From: the human T2T-CHM13v2.0 reference genome, Homo sapiens
Assembly (NCBI RefSeq): GCF_009914755.1
Contig: NC_060934.1
Direction: 5' to 3' (one strand)
Length of the DNA: 64,000 nucleotides
Below the pieces are notes generated by a model. It was not told the origin of the DNA, searched no databases, and saw nothing but the letters and a program-made list of their open reading frames with translations. Numbering within the stretch: position 1 is the stretch's first letter; each line of letters starts with the position of its first letter. The translations under genes were made by a program, and so were the position numbers. Below are positions 1 through 16,935 of this stretch, one piece after another.

Positions 1-2
1 AT

Positions 3-770
<768 letters not shown>

Positions 771-778
771 CAACAACA

Positions 779-1098
<320 letters not shown>

Positions 1099-2244
1099 CT
1101 AACAGAGCTTATATATGATGAGAGGAAAAGAATTACTTGTTAATGACAAAAATACTGAGGATCCTTTTTTTTTTTTTAATTAGAATAACTATTTGCAAAG
1201 ACGACTTATTTTCAAACTGCTATGGTATAGTGGAAAAAAAAATCTAGTAGTCATGGAACCTGGATTTCATCCCTCTGCCACTAAACATAAACCATTTCCA
1301 CTCTCTCTTTACACTTTTTAACTTAAATCATAATTATTTGAACATAAAATATAAGATTTGTCTAAAAAGTTGCAAATCTACAAAGCAAATCTTGAACAAC
1401 ATCTCTCTGGTGTTCTGCGATATGAAATAAATGTACTTTTCCATCCTAGAGATTTCTCTACATCTCACATTACTTCACCATAAACAGAATAGGGCCGAAA
1501 TGTTCAGACTGATGGTGAAGGGAAAGCAAGTCAAGTGGCCCCATAGTGAGTCCACTGAAGAAATAACATATGAAGAGAAGAGTCATGAGAATCCTTGCCT
1601 CCATCAACAAACAGTAACTTTTATTTTGTTGATTTTATCTTTTATTCTTTTTGTATTTTTTAAAAATATTTTCTTTTTCTTCATTTTTAAACTGAAGAAT
1701 CAGTTAACAGCAAACAGCAACATTAAACAATACAAAAGATGGAAATGTGTACTCCATATTGAAAACTTTTACGTCAGTTCCAACTCTGGTTAACAGACTG
1801 GGCTTTTTAGTAGGCTCTCAATATAAACCCAAGTGTATATGCTCTCTTTGTATTGTAATTAGGCTTTAATCAAAAAGGTAAAGTCTAAACAGCTACTGCA
1901 ACATACAAATCTTTCATGTTATATGCATGGTTTTTCAGTTAAGAGTCTTAGTTTGGTTCTTTGGTCTTAGTTTTTAAATCTACCACCAAGTCAAATGCCT
2001 AATGCTAACAACCAATATTAGTATCTTTAAAAAGATTAGGACAAAGAGGTATAAAGAAAATATGGCCATATTTTGAAAACTGAAAACTCTAGAGTTCATT
2101 GTATTATTCTCTCTACTATATGTTTGAAATTTTTCACACTAAAATAAAAAAGAATTAAGAAAGCAGTGCTCATCTTTAACTTTTCTTTAAATATTTAAAG
2201 CAACCACAAGCCCATTCATTATAAATTTATTCCCTGAGCTAATC

Positions 2245-2539
<295 letters not shown>

Positions 2540-2605
2540 TAATCTTAATTGTTGTTCCAATCATTTCACTTATGGAAATTTATTAACGTAATTTTTAAGC
2601 ACGAA

Positions 2606-2808
2606 TTTTTTTTTTTTCTGGAGACAGCATCTTGATCTGTTGTGCAGGCTGGAGTGCAGTTGCACGATTGCAGCTCACTGCAGCCTTGACCTCCCAGGCT
2701 CAAGCAATCCTCCCACCCCAGTAGCTGGGACTACAGGCACACGCCACCATGCCAGGCTCATTTTTGTATTTTTTGTAGAGACAGGGTTTCGCCACATTGC
2801 CCAGGTTG
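2606..2808 (-). mobile_element. Alu, truncated
   Basis: Partial antisense Alu. Confidence 0.88.
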
Positions 2809-3035
2809 GGGAAAATGTTATAGTAAAGAATCAAACATGAGGTCCAATAAAGCCGCCTACTGAATTTACCTATTTGGGTGCCCTTATTCTCTTGCTCTCT
2901 CCTGATCTATTTAAAATGCGGTTAATAACATCTACTACACGACTGTTTGTGAGGATGAGATCATGAATACGAAAAGAACTTTACAAACTATTAGTAGTAA
3001 ACAAAAGTGCCAGTGTATACAGATAATTGTCCTTA

Positions 3036-3200
<165 letters not shown>

Positions 3201-3838
3201 CTAAGAGAACCCAAAACAAAAAGTATAGTTAAATCTACTACATGAAAATTCAAATCAAATACTCATCGGTGTTTCAAGTTTTACACCAAGCCCTTACGAA
3301 ACCATGTCTTTTCTGCTTTCATTTTTCTTGAACTATCTACCAGGTTCTGGGCTCCCAGCTCAAACTTAAAATATATTTTAGACCTAATAGGCTATGGTAA
3401 AAGTAGCCACATTGTTTTCAATTAAGAGCAGGCAGTTTCTGTTATTTCACTAAATTCCTGGGATTGAATAATATTTTCTGTCTAAAAATGGGAAGCCTCA
3501 AATTTAACTAGATTTGATTATCACTTATTACTATATTATGTCTTATCTTTAGAAAGTGAGTCAGCAAATTAACGTTACAATGACACTCTTTTCTAGATGG
3601 TTAGTATGCTTTCTTCATCTACTTTCTATATACTTACTCACTGGAAAGAATCCATGTGATAATACTATGATACAGGCAATTATCCAGGAGCTAGTGTTAA
3701 AGTAATATTATCTGAGTTTAATGACTATCATTATAAATCTCAAATCATAGCTGGCTTAACAGCTACAAAATCACCAAATTTTGAAAAGTCCAACCCAGTT
3801 TGGTGCCCACTTTAAAATAACTCATATGGCAGAACAGA

Positions 3839-4025
3839 TACAAGGTGAGCATCCCCACTCCGAAGTGCTCGAAAATCTGGGACTTTTTGAGTGCTTGCAT
3901 GATGCTCAAAGAAAATGCTCACTGAAGCATTTTGGACTTGCCAATTAGAAATGCTCAACTGGTAAGTATAATGCAAACATTCCAAAATCTGAAACGCTTG
4001 GGGCTTCTGTATTTGTAATGCCTGT
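3839..4025 (-). mobile_element. Tigger4a/MER46-like DNA transposon
   Basis: gagcatccc...gatgctcaaagaaaatgctc...atgctcaactggtaagtataatgcaaacattccaaaatctgaaacgctt. Confidence 0.75.
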
Positions 4026-4068
4026 ACTATACTGTATTTGTAATGCCATTTATTGACTTTTCATCAGT

Positions 4069-4140
4069 ATCTTTTAGTAAAGATGCCATCATTCCAACTG
4101 CTTATTTCTTATGGTAGTTCGTCATTTCCTTAAGTTTCTG
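4069..4140 (-). pseudogene. Decayed partial duplicate of KIF5B exon 15 in intron 14
   Basis: 62/72 nt identical and ungapped versus 3099-3170; translates [23 protein letters not shown]. Confidence 0.88.
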
Positions 4141-4781
4141 AGTATCAGTAGAGTATGTATCCACCCAGGTTAATCTACAATATGATACCAATTATCTTCA
4201 AGTCTCATAATATAGCATGCTTCTACCATAATTGTTTAAATTACCAGACACTCTCTAACTGAACAGCAACACTGTCTAAGCATATAAACAGATGCTAAAC
4301 ACTAGGGATTTCTAACTCCTATTATCAATGTAATGCTGATAGATTTCAGCTCCACAAGTGAAACATAAATATAACTGTCTTGAAGACTAAAATCAGCGGC
4401 CAAGGACCACCTTTCAGAGTTGTAAAAAACTCCTGTTATTCTTTCATACAACAATTAGCTTTGTTAATAATGCAACTCAGTAAGAGTTAGTTATAATGGT
4501 GTCTTAGATCTGTACAGTACTGAATGTTAACTTCAAGCTAACTGTAACTTTGTAGATTAAAAAGAGAAAAGGAACTCATAGGGGCAGGAAACCTTTTAAA
4601 AGCATTATTTTGTACTGTTGACTGCTTTCTTTTAGACAAGTTAATGTGAGCAGGGAAATAAGTGGTGGACATGGGTCCTGAGTGCAACTCTAGATGCTGA
4701 TTTCTAAACAAGAAGCTAGCATTAACCACAACAAAACCACAAAATAGCTCCTCCATGATGATGTTGAAACATTCATAGCTA

Positions 4782-5162
<381 letters not shown>

Positions 5163-5648
5163 TCTCCATCTATTGGGAACCACTACACTGTGCTAAAAAG
5201 GCACTGTTCCACGTAGTGGAAATGTAACAGTAAGTAAAACATAAATTATGTTAAGTTACATATCCTTACATCTATTCCAAATAATTCACAGTTGATTAAA
5301 TAGCATTTTAATTTGTACTGCATATTTAATTTATTGTTTGAACAATCATCTAATAGCTTTATTGGGCAACTAGCAGCTTTAAATTATTTTTCCTTTAACA
5401 TTAGTAGTAACATTAGATTCTACATGCTATATACTAAATTAAAAAAATTAAAATTAGGAGTAGCAAACATCCTCTAAAACAGCATTTAAATTAGATATCA
5501 ACAGACCTTTAGGAACTAAAATAACTGTCTTCCTCCACCTCTAAGGCTTCATATACAGAAAGAAATGAAGTTGAAACCCGAGTCCTTGAAAATTGATGTT
5601 ATCGATATTTGACTTACATAGAAAAGTAAGTTATTTAAGTAGTTTTTA

Positions 5649-5909
<261 letters not shown>

Positions 5910-6346
5910 CTATAGGACAGAAAATAATTTATTTTCCCCAAAAGTATACAGGTTTTAAAAAACACCCATGAAGCTTCACCATTTGTCAAGAACAAATGGA
6001 GTGAAATATGGATGGTATTCAGTGTGGCAACATTTATTCATTAAACAGATTTACTAAATGTCAACTATGTGCAGGCACTGTGCTGGATGCTGCAAGGCAG
6101 AAAGAAAATCAAAGACTGTGTTTAAGGAACACAGTAGAAGAGAAGATAGGCACATGAATAAGTGCAGTACAAGATAGAAGGTCAGAACCGTAAGAGAGGG
6201 ACAGGACAGATAAAGTGCTTAGTAATACAGGAAAGAGTATTCATTCATGGAGAAGTTGGCTAGGAGAGATCGACTGCAGTCACATGCAAATTAATGTAAT
6301 AAAGGAAAATGGCATTCTACAAGAGTTGCTTAAAAATTTAGATTTG

Positions 6347-6646
<300 letters not shown>

Positions 6647-6688
6647 TTTTAGATTTGCTTTCAGCAACAAGTGATGACATTTGTGCTA

Positions 6689-7016
<328 letters not shown>

Positions 7017-7099
7017 TCAGCACATAAAATCTGAACTGCAGGGATGCCAAGAGACTAGTTAGGAGAAAACCACAATCATCCACATTAGTGGCTCTCCTG

Positions 7100-7255
7100 T
7101 AGGGATATCCGGAAATCTGTGGGAGTGTTAATAATAGGGTAGAATGCTAATGGCATTTAGGAGTAGGGACCAGGAATGTTTAATGTCCTATAATACAAAG
7201 GACAGAATAACATAAATTATCCAATGCAAAATATCAATAGTGCCCCTTTGAGGAA
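7100..7255. mobile_element. MER20-like hAT fragment
   Basis: tgctaatggcatttag...ggaccagga...aattatcc...aaaatatcaatagtgcc. Confidence 0.55.
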
Positions 7256-7699
7256 TAATGCTATAGTTGAAATATGAAATGCTATAGTTGAAAGATGATC
7301 TGACCAGGATTAAGTTCACTGATGGAGAGTATCTCTTTCTTACCGAAGCAGTCTTTGTCTTCACCCTGCCCACCACCCCCACAAAAAAATTTAAAGGACT
7401 GCTTTTCAATTATCCCCCTGCTCTGCTGGGTGAGAAGATAAAATGAGGATCCAAAGTAAGTGACAAGAAGAGAAATGTCAAGAACCAGGGTGAAAAAAAA
7501 GATGGCAGAAATGAACAACAGATTGTATCTGGGTAGATACGATGAATAAGTAAAAATTCATTTTATCCATGTGACATTCTTATTCCCACAAAGACAGTCA
7601 TACCCAAAATTATACAACTATTAAAGACAAAGTCAATGGGATTCAGAAAACAAAACTATAAAGCTTTTCTGGAAGCAATGTAAAAGGTATTCAACTCAC

Positions 7700-7768
7700 C
7701 TCCTCCTGATCCAACATTTGCGTCTTCAGTTTCTCTACCAGTTGACTTTGCTGGTTAATTTCTTCATC
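7700..7768 (-). CDS. KIF5B: KIF5B exon 13 (DEEINQQSQLVEKLKTQMLDQEE), 69 nt
   Basis: tctag| and GAG|gtgagt; in frame. Confidence 0.97.
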
Positions 7769-8265
7769 CTAGAATTGTGAAGTATCCGGTTAACCAGTAG
7801 CTAACAACCTGGTTCTAGTTGTTTCCCAATACAGGTTATAAGATTACTACTCCCCAGAAATATTTCAAAACCATTTCTCTAAATTCAACATTGCTTATTT
7901 TAATCTCTTTTAAGAAAATGGCAAAACAAAAGGAATTTCTTTCAATTATCAATACTTATAATGGTCATGTACTTCGAACCTGCCATCTCTGCTTAAAATA
8001 TATTAAAAATATCAACTTAAGAAAATATTTTCTTCTAATCTCTTTACTACTCTTGTTCTTGCCTTCCATTCTATTACGTTCTTAGTTTGCTATTATTCAT
8101 ACTATTGACATTACTTCTATATGCAAAGCAGGAAGATATTATTTCCACTCTATTGTGTTTCCCTTAATCTCTCACATCATCTTTTATTGGAGTCTTCAGA
8201 GCCCTGATTCTAACAATTGGTATCATTGAGGCTCCCAATGACCCAATGCCAAATTTTCATTAGAA

Positions 8266-8587
8266 CAGGGGTCCCCAAGCCCCCAGGCCACAAAGCAGTA
8301 CTGGAAGCCTGTTAGGAACCAAGAAGCACAGCAGGAGGTGAGCAGCAAGCATTACCACTTGAGCTCCGCCTTCTGCCAGATCAGCAGCATTAGAATATCA
8401 TTAAGAGCGCGAACTCTATTATCAGCTGTGCATGCAAGAGATCTAGGTTAGAGGATCCTTATGAGAATCTAATGCCTGATAATCCAAGGTGGAAGTTTCA
8501 TCCCAAAACCATCTCCCCGACCTGATCCACGGAAAAACTGTCTTCCCTGAAACCAGTCCCTGGTGCCAAAAAGGTTGGGGACTGCTG
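8266..8587 (+). mobile_element. MER1B hAT-Charlie element
   Basis: TIRs caggggtccccaa...ttggggactgctg; internal ccttatgagaatctaatgcctga. Confidence 0.88.
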
Positions 8588-8826
8588 CCTTATAAAGTTC
8601 TTTTAGCTTAAAAAGAGGGGGAAGAAAAGATACATGCTCATACAGTTTCCACACAGAAATTGAAATTATGATTTTTTATTTTGTTAATACAATAATTTTT
8701 ACAAGATTAACAGAAATCAAGGAAGATGCATAAAGATCCTAAGTGCCCACAGCACTGAAATGAGAAAAGTTAGAAAATAAAAACACCCATGTCAATAGTA
8801 TCCTAATATAAAGCAGACCTAAATCA

Positions 8827-9054
<228 letters not shown>

Positions 9055-9104
9055 TTAATAAAAAAACGACGTCTAAAGCTAATTTCAATTTCATTCCTTT
9101 AAAA

Positions 9105-9405
9105 ATTTTTTTTTTTTTTTTTGAGACAGAGTCTCAATCTGTCACCCTGGCTGGAGTGCAGTGGTGCAATCTAGGCTCACTGCAACCTCTGCCTCCAGGG
9201 TTCAAGCAATTCTACTGCCTCAAGACTCCTGATTAGCTGGGATTACAGGCGCTCAGCACCATGCCAGGCTAATTTTGGTGTTTTCAGTAGAGATGGGGTT
9301 TCAACATGTTGGCCAGGCTGGTCTCTAACTCCTGACCTCAAGTGATCTGCCCACCTTGGCCTCCCAAAGTGCTAGGATTACAGGCATGAGCCAGTGCACC
9401 CAGCC
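9105..9405 (-). mobile_element. Alu (S)
   Basis: Full antisense Alu. Confidence 0.94.
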
Positions 9406-9630
9406 TCGTTCTTTCAAACTTTTTCTTCTCTGTGTTATTTTCAAATAATCTGTCTTCAAGTTCAGATTCTTCTGCTTAATTAATTCTACTACTGATGGTC
9501 TCTTGCATTTTGCTCATTTTATTTTTCAGCTCCAGGATTTCTATTAATTTTTTTAAAAATTATTTCGATGTCTATTAAATTTCTTGATCTAGTCACTTAC
9601 TGATTTTGCTGAACTATTTCTACGTTTCTA

Positions 9631-9873
<243 letters not shown>

Positions 9874-10515
9874 TTATTTTTAATTTTATCTATATGGAAT
9901 ATATGTATATATGGCTAAGAAACTTATGCTTGTCCAGTAATCTCTTAGACTAAATACTAAAAGCCGCAACATATGACGTTATTTACAACTCAACTAAATT
10001 TGAGTCTGCTCCAAAATCTGTGAATAGCTTTAAAAAAAAAAAAATCAACAAACCACTAAAAATAAAAGACAAAGGCCTATATTTTTCCAATTTGTTTGCA
10101 AGGCTGAATTAAGAAATTACTGTTGAAAGTCAAAGACGGAATCATCATTACTGATTTTCCTAATCATCTCATACAGATTATATTAACCTGTCATGCATGT
10201 CTACAGGCTTAACAGAGGATTATGTTTGCCAGGCTTTGACCTCATTATTTGATTCAAATGCTTATTTTCTTTAATACCAAATTACAGCTTGTCACACAAA
10301 TTTGACTAAAATTACATCTGACTTTAATGTGTACTAAAACTTAAACCAAGCAGTCTAAAAATCAGACCCACCTTGTATTATCTGTCATCAATTCAAACTG
10401 AGTGTGTCTAGCACAAAACAGTATGTACAGGTTGGAATAACAGCTCACATTTTCCTACATTTTATAAACAAAAGGTCTATCTAAATTTAGGTTTTGTACT
10501 TTCTTAACAACAAAC

Positions 10516-10661
10516 CTTTGGCCAAATAAGAGTGTAGATTTTGTTTCAGACTCATTGTATGATGATGGAGAGCAGCAAATTACAATAGTGGTTCTACAGT
10601 TGCCACCTAATGAATCTTGAAGGATTCTTGTCATTTTACTATCTCGATATGGAACATATGT
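10516..10661 (-). CDS. KIF5B: KIF5B exon 10 ([24 protein letters not shown]...LLFGQR), 146 nt
   Basis: VPYRDSK microtubule-binding motif; tgcag| and AG|gtttgt. Confidence 0.97.
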
Positions 10662-10883
10662 CTGCATACAAAAACAAAGAAAGAAAACAAGACCAGTATA
10701 ATAAAATGTTATTATAAAATAAACTCCCAAAAGACAACTAACTTACACATACTGATTCAAACACATTGAATCTCAATCTCTCTTTCTCTCTCTCTCTCTC
10801 ATACACACCCAGGCACACATATACACCTATATTTAAATAATGCCCCATAAGGTAACAGGGAGATAGAAGACATGTATACTCAC

Positions 10884-10988
10884 ACTACCCTCAGCCAAAG
10901 CAGAAATAACATTTCCAAGAGCAGAAAGTGACTTGTTGATGTTTTTAGCTTCATCCAGCACAGCACCTTCAGCTCCAGTTTTACTAAC
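10884..10988 (-). CDS. KIF5B: KIF5B exon 9 ([35 protein letters not shown]), 105 nt
   Basis: INKSLSALG helix-4 motif; AGT|gtgagt. Confidence 0.97.
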
Positions 10989-11365
10989 CTATACATAAGA
11001 TTTCAAAAGAATGAAACAAAATTACAAGTTTATAATTTTCTTTACATTTTCTAAAATGTTCATATGTCATCAATAACCAGTAAAAAAGAAAAAAGAACAT
11101 GAAAAGCTTCATGATCTTATTTGCCAAGCATACCACCATTTCTTGAGTACTACTCTTAAGAGTTTGATTAGAGAGACATCAAATTTTATCTGTAGTTTGT
11201 AGGTACTCTTGAAAATAACCAATTTAAATGTAAATTTGTAGTTCATTAATCTGTTAGTCCCCTTTGCTACATTAGAAAACAGGAACCTTCTAAAATTGGC
11301 TAATGCATAATGTTGATGTTGTAACTGTTAGAAAACAGAGACTGAGTTTTAAACACATTATATAA

Positions 11366-11639
<274 letters not shown>

Positions 11640-12246
11640 TAGGAGATTTCTCAGATTAGATAATCTTTGAAAGATGTGTGTAAGACTTCAGAGTAGAACG
11701 GAATAGATATATCATTCTAAGCAGAAGAAACAAAATTAGCACAACAGCAAAAATGGTCAGAGGTCCCTATTATAACATTCAAACTTAATTTGATATAGAC
11801 TAGAATCAGACTGTATAGAATTGTAATAATGAAACAATAATCCAAAGGAAAGAAATAAGTCCAACCAAACCAGAAAAGACTAATCGAGAGTTACCAGTTT
11901 TAATAGGGACCCCACTGCCAATATGGATAAAATACGTATCAAAAATTAGAAAAGGGATATCTAATAAAGTTTATAACAACAATGCTGAACCAGTTCTCAC
12001 TATGAACATATCTTAAGTCATAGAAACCACTTATGGGTTGAACTAGAGTATGGTCAAACAACAGTAACTTGGAACTGATTATTCAGCTGATATCATCATA
12101 AAGCACTGGCATCAGCGGTTACAAATCTCAGGTTACCAAATCCAGTTTGGTAAGTAAGATGCAACAATGAACCCTGCGTAACTCCCAACTCAAACTAAAG
12201 TTTACAAAGATGCTTAAATATTTGTCAAAATACATGAAGACTTTAC

Positions 12247-12371
12247 CTTTTCACTACCAGCTAAATCAACCAGATAAAGTTTTCCACTCAGCTTTTGTTC
12301 CGTTTGTGTGTTCTCTTGTTTGACATTAATAAGAAATATACTGTGACTCCTAGAGCTATGTTCATTCATAT
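12247..12371 (-). CDS. KIF5B: KIF5B exon 8 ([10 protein letters not shown]...LVDLAGSEK; switch I/II), 125 nt
   Basis: SSRSH and DLAGSE motifs; tgcag| and AAG|gtaaag. Confidence 0.98.
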
Positions 12372-12507
12372 CTGCAAGGAAATTACACAAACAAATATAA
12401 ACAAACATGATTTCCCCTTAACAATTTCCCTGAAGCAATCTTATAATTAATCACCTGGATAAGGATATTTTAAGCTGGTTTTAAATCCTAACCAGTGTTA
12501 TTTTCTA

Positions 12508-13120
<613 letters not shown>

Positions 13121-13155
13121 TTACAGGGTTTTCTAGACAACTGTACTATAAATAC

Positions 13156-13211
13156 CTTTACATAGGGAACTCGGTTTTTGTCTTCATGAACTGAAAGGTT
13201 GGTCTTTGAAA
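13156..13211 (-). CDS. KIF5B: KIF5B exon 6 ([18 protein letters not shown]), 56 nt
   Basis: In-frame continuation; ctcag| and AAG|gtattt. Confidence 0.96.
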
Positions 13212-13770
13212 CTGAGAAAGAAAAACAAATGTTAGCAACATTCTCCTAAAACTCTTAACACTGGATATGAAATAACTGATAGGCTTTCCTGAGCAGCCTA
13301 ACAGCAATAGTTGAACTCTAAAAACATATTAAAACATTGCTCTAAAGCAGACCTTACAGACACAGCAGGAGATGTAAATAGAAACCAATGCAACAATATA
13401 GAATTTTAGGACCACTCCAACCTACCACCCACATTTTATAAACAAGAACATTAACCCTGAATGGTTCAATGATTTGCCTAAGGACAATGTATCTAATTGA
13501 CAGTTGACAGAAGACTAGAACTCAGGGCTCAGATTATGTAACTCCCAGTCCAATGCTCTAATTACTACTAAGAAGTACCCATAAACATCGCTTTAAACTA
13601 GTTATTCTGTTTAAAGGTATTCAACTAAAACTTTAGAAGAAAAAAAATTTTGTCTATTTCCAATAACTTAAGACAATTTCATATAGGTTACAAAGAAATA
13701 GTCTCACATCTATTATTAAAAAGGAATTAACAGATGTTATTTAAAACTGATTAGCAAGAATTTAACTTAC

Positions 13771-13819
13771 CATCTAACAGGTCCCTTATCTTATCCAAAT
13801 ATATTTCAAAATATGAAAC
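13771..13819 (-). CDS. KIF5B: KIF5B exon 5 (VSYFEIYLDKIRDLLD), 49 nt
   Basis: SYFEIY...IRDLL motif; G|gtaagt donor. Confidence 0.97.
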
Positions 13820-14259
13820 CTAAAGGGCAAATTTAAAAAAACACCGATCAACTAAAGTTATATAACTTATTCGCATATTGAGGTCTGAGTGCTAGGCATT
13901 GTTTAGACTAGAGAGACAGTTATCAACATACCAGCCATAGCTCACATTCTAATGGGAAGACATAAATTAGCCAAATTAGCTTAGTTATTTAAGCAGTCTT
14001 CCCATTGGACATAAATTACATTATCTTCATCTAAAATGAATTAGAATAGTTTTATGTAGTAGAAACCTTCAAGTTCTGCAGTAAAGCAACCTCCTTTATT
14101 TTTTGAAGGAGGCTAAAGACTTAATCATTTACGTTAGTTAACATTCCTGTTCATCTAATGGCAGATGAACAAAAATCCAAGTTTACTAACCTGAATGATC
14201 TTTCAACTGTACCTTTCCAGAAAAACAATTTTTAAAATTAAAGAAACCAGCATTTACTA

Positions 14260-14424
<165 letters not shown>

Positions 14425-15376
14425 CTAAACAAAAAACAAAACTAGACTTCTTAAATAAATTATAAAATATGAAGTAAAAACAAAGAGTTTCAATCTACAA
14501 CTTATAGTCAAGAAAGGACAGGAACTATATTTTTGTGGAAACGGCTCTGTAAATACCTAAAAAATCCAATTCAACTATTACACATACACAGTACTGTACA
14601 TCAACCACATGGGTTACCAACAGATCTTAACCCTTCATTTAATCACTAGATTTAGATTATCCATGCTTGTAAAATGTTCATTGTAAAATGAACATAATTA
14701 AAAAGGTTTTAGTTTCTTTCCATATAATTCTACATTGTTCCTTCTACTTCGAGGCAAATTCATGCAAATACTAGGATGTCCTTGTTCTCTATGACTTTAT
14801 GAAAATCAGTAATATGAATCACACTAAAAGAAGCAGTCATTTACTTAATATAGTACACTCAAATAAATGATAAAAACAGATGCTCTTTAGCAGTGGCAGA
14901 AAATCACAGGCTGTTTTCTAGAAGCAAAGCTATAGTGGGTCCACATCTATTATTAACAGCAGCACTGATAATTATGGCAACATTCTTATCAGAGAAGAGT
15001 GACAGTTATTTTGAGGAAGGAGGAGCCAAGGAGAACAGGAAAAAGTTATTTATACTACATAAAATCAACAACACATAAGCATTCAAAATTTCCCATATAA
15101 CAGGGTGACAAAAAATTCTTGTCTAAAATGTTATTTATTTTATGGTTATGCTAACTGATAAAACAATCTCAAATATAATCTCAAATACAGGTATCCCTTA
15201 CTATTTAAACTCAGGAACTGATTAGATTCCAACAATGATGTTACATGTATATTATTTGTATGAGAAAAGGCAATAAAGAGTAAATTAAAATGTTTATGCA
15301 TGGTGAAATAATATCACAAATAATGAATGCTGTATGTATTGCAAACCACATCTAAGTACAGATTATAAAACGTTAC

Positions 15377-15450
15377 CTCCATTGTGTGTGTCTTCCCAGA
15401 GGATGTTTGTCCATATGCAAATATTGTTCCATTATATCCTTCAAGTACAT
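15377..15450 (-). CDS. KIF5B: KIF5B exon 3 ([25 protein letters not shown]; P-loop), 74 nt
   Basis: Walker A GQTSSGKT; ag/gt boundaries. Confidence 0.97.
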
Positions 15451-15616
15451 CTATGAGAAAAGATTTTATAGTTCAGGGGATTTTTTCCTTAAGCAAGATT
15501 CCTAAGAAATTACTTAAACTACAGGATGACAGGGTAGAGAAAAGGTTAAAAAAAAAATTACTTAATGTTACAGGAAAATATCAGATGTTTATTCCTAGTG
15601 AGGTATAAAACACCCT

Positions 15617-15620
<4 letters not shown>

Positions 15621-15662
<42 letters not shown>
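15621..15662. repeat. (CA)n microsatellite
   Basis: ~21 CA units. Confidence 0.97.
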
Positions 15663-15665
<3 letters not shown>

Positions 15666-15718
15666 CCTCTTCCTAACCCTTGCATACTAAATTCTGTATA
15701 ATAAAATATTGTGGGAGT

Positions 15719-16204
<486 letters not shown>

Positions 16205-16647
16205 TCAGATTTTCTTTATGCTAATATGAAAGACTCCATCAAAGTTTAGTACATAAAGGATTTATAAAGACATTAAAGGAAATATATAACAACAGTAATT
16301 TTCTTAGTGATGACCCATCTAAGCAATTTTCTCTGGACCCAGACTGCTTTCTGTGGTTAATTAAGAAACAAATTTTAAATTCCACTGCTTATAATAAAGA
16401 ATCTCTTCTATCAGTGTACATCTCAAATGTCATTACATCTACACTCCAAAGCTTTATGTGACCAAAAAGAAAAAAAATCCTCTGCCAATTTACATACAGA
16501 TGAGATTTTAGAAACAAGACTAATTGATGGTTAATTAGTAGCTAATCCTCACAAACCCCGACCTTCCTCTTTATCCTACCCACAAAGTGTAACACTCACT
16601 CCTACCTCAAAATCAATTACCAAGAAGTTCCTATGAAAAAAAATGTT

Positions 16648-16935
16648 ATGAGACAGGGTCTCCCCTCTGTTCAGAGTGCAATGGCACAATCATAGCTCAC
16701 TGGTCACTGCAGCCTCAACCTCTTGGGTGTAGTAAGCTGCCTGCTTCAGCTTCAAGTAGCCAGGACTAGAGGCACATGCCACCAGGCCTGGCTAATTCTA
16801 AAAAAAATTTTGTAGAGACAGGGTCTTGCTATGTTGCCCAGGCTGATCTCAAACTCCTGGGCTCAAACAACCCTCCTGCCTCAAGCCTCACAAAGTGCTG
16901 GGATTACAGGCCTAAGTAAGCCCCTGCACCTGACC
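16648..16935 (-). mobile_element. Alu (J-like)
   Basis: Diverged antisense Alu. Confidence 0.88.
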
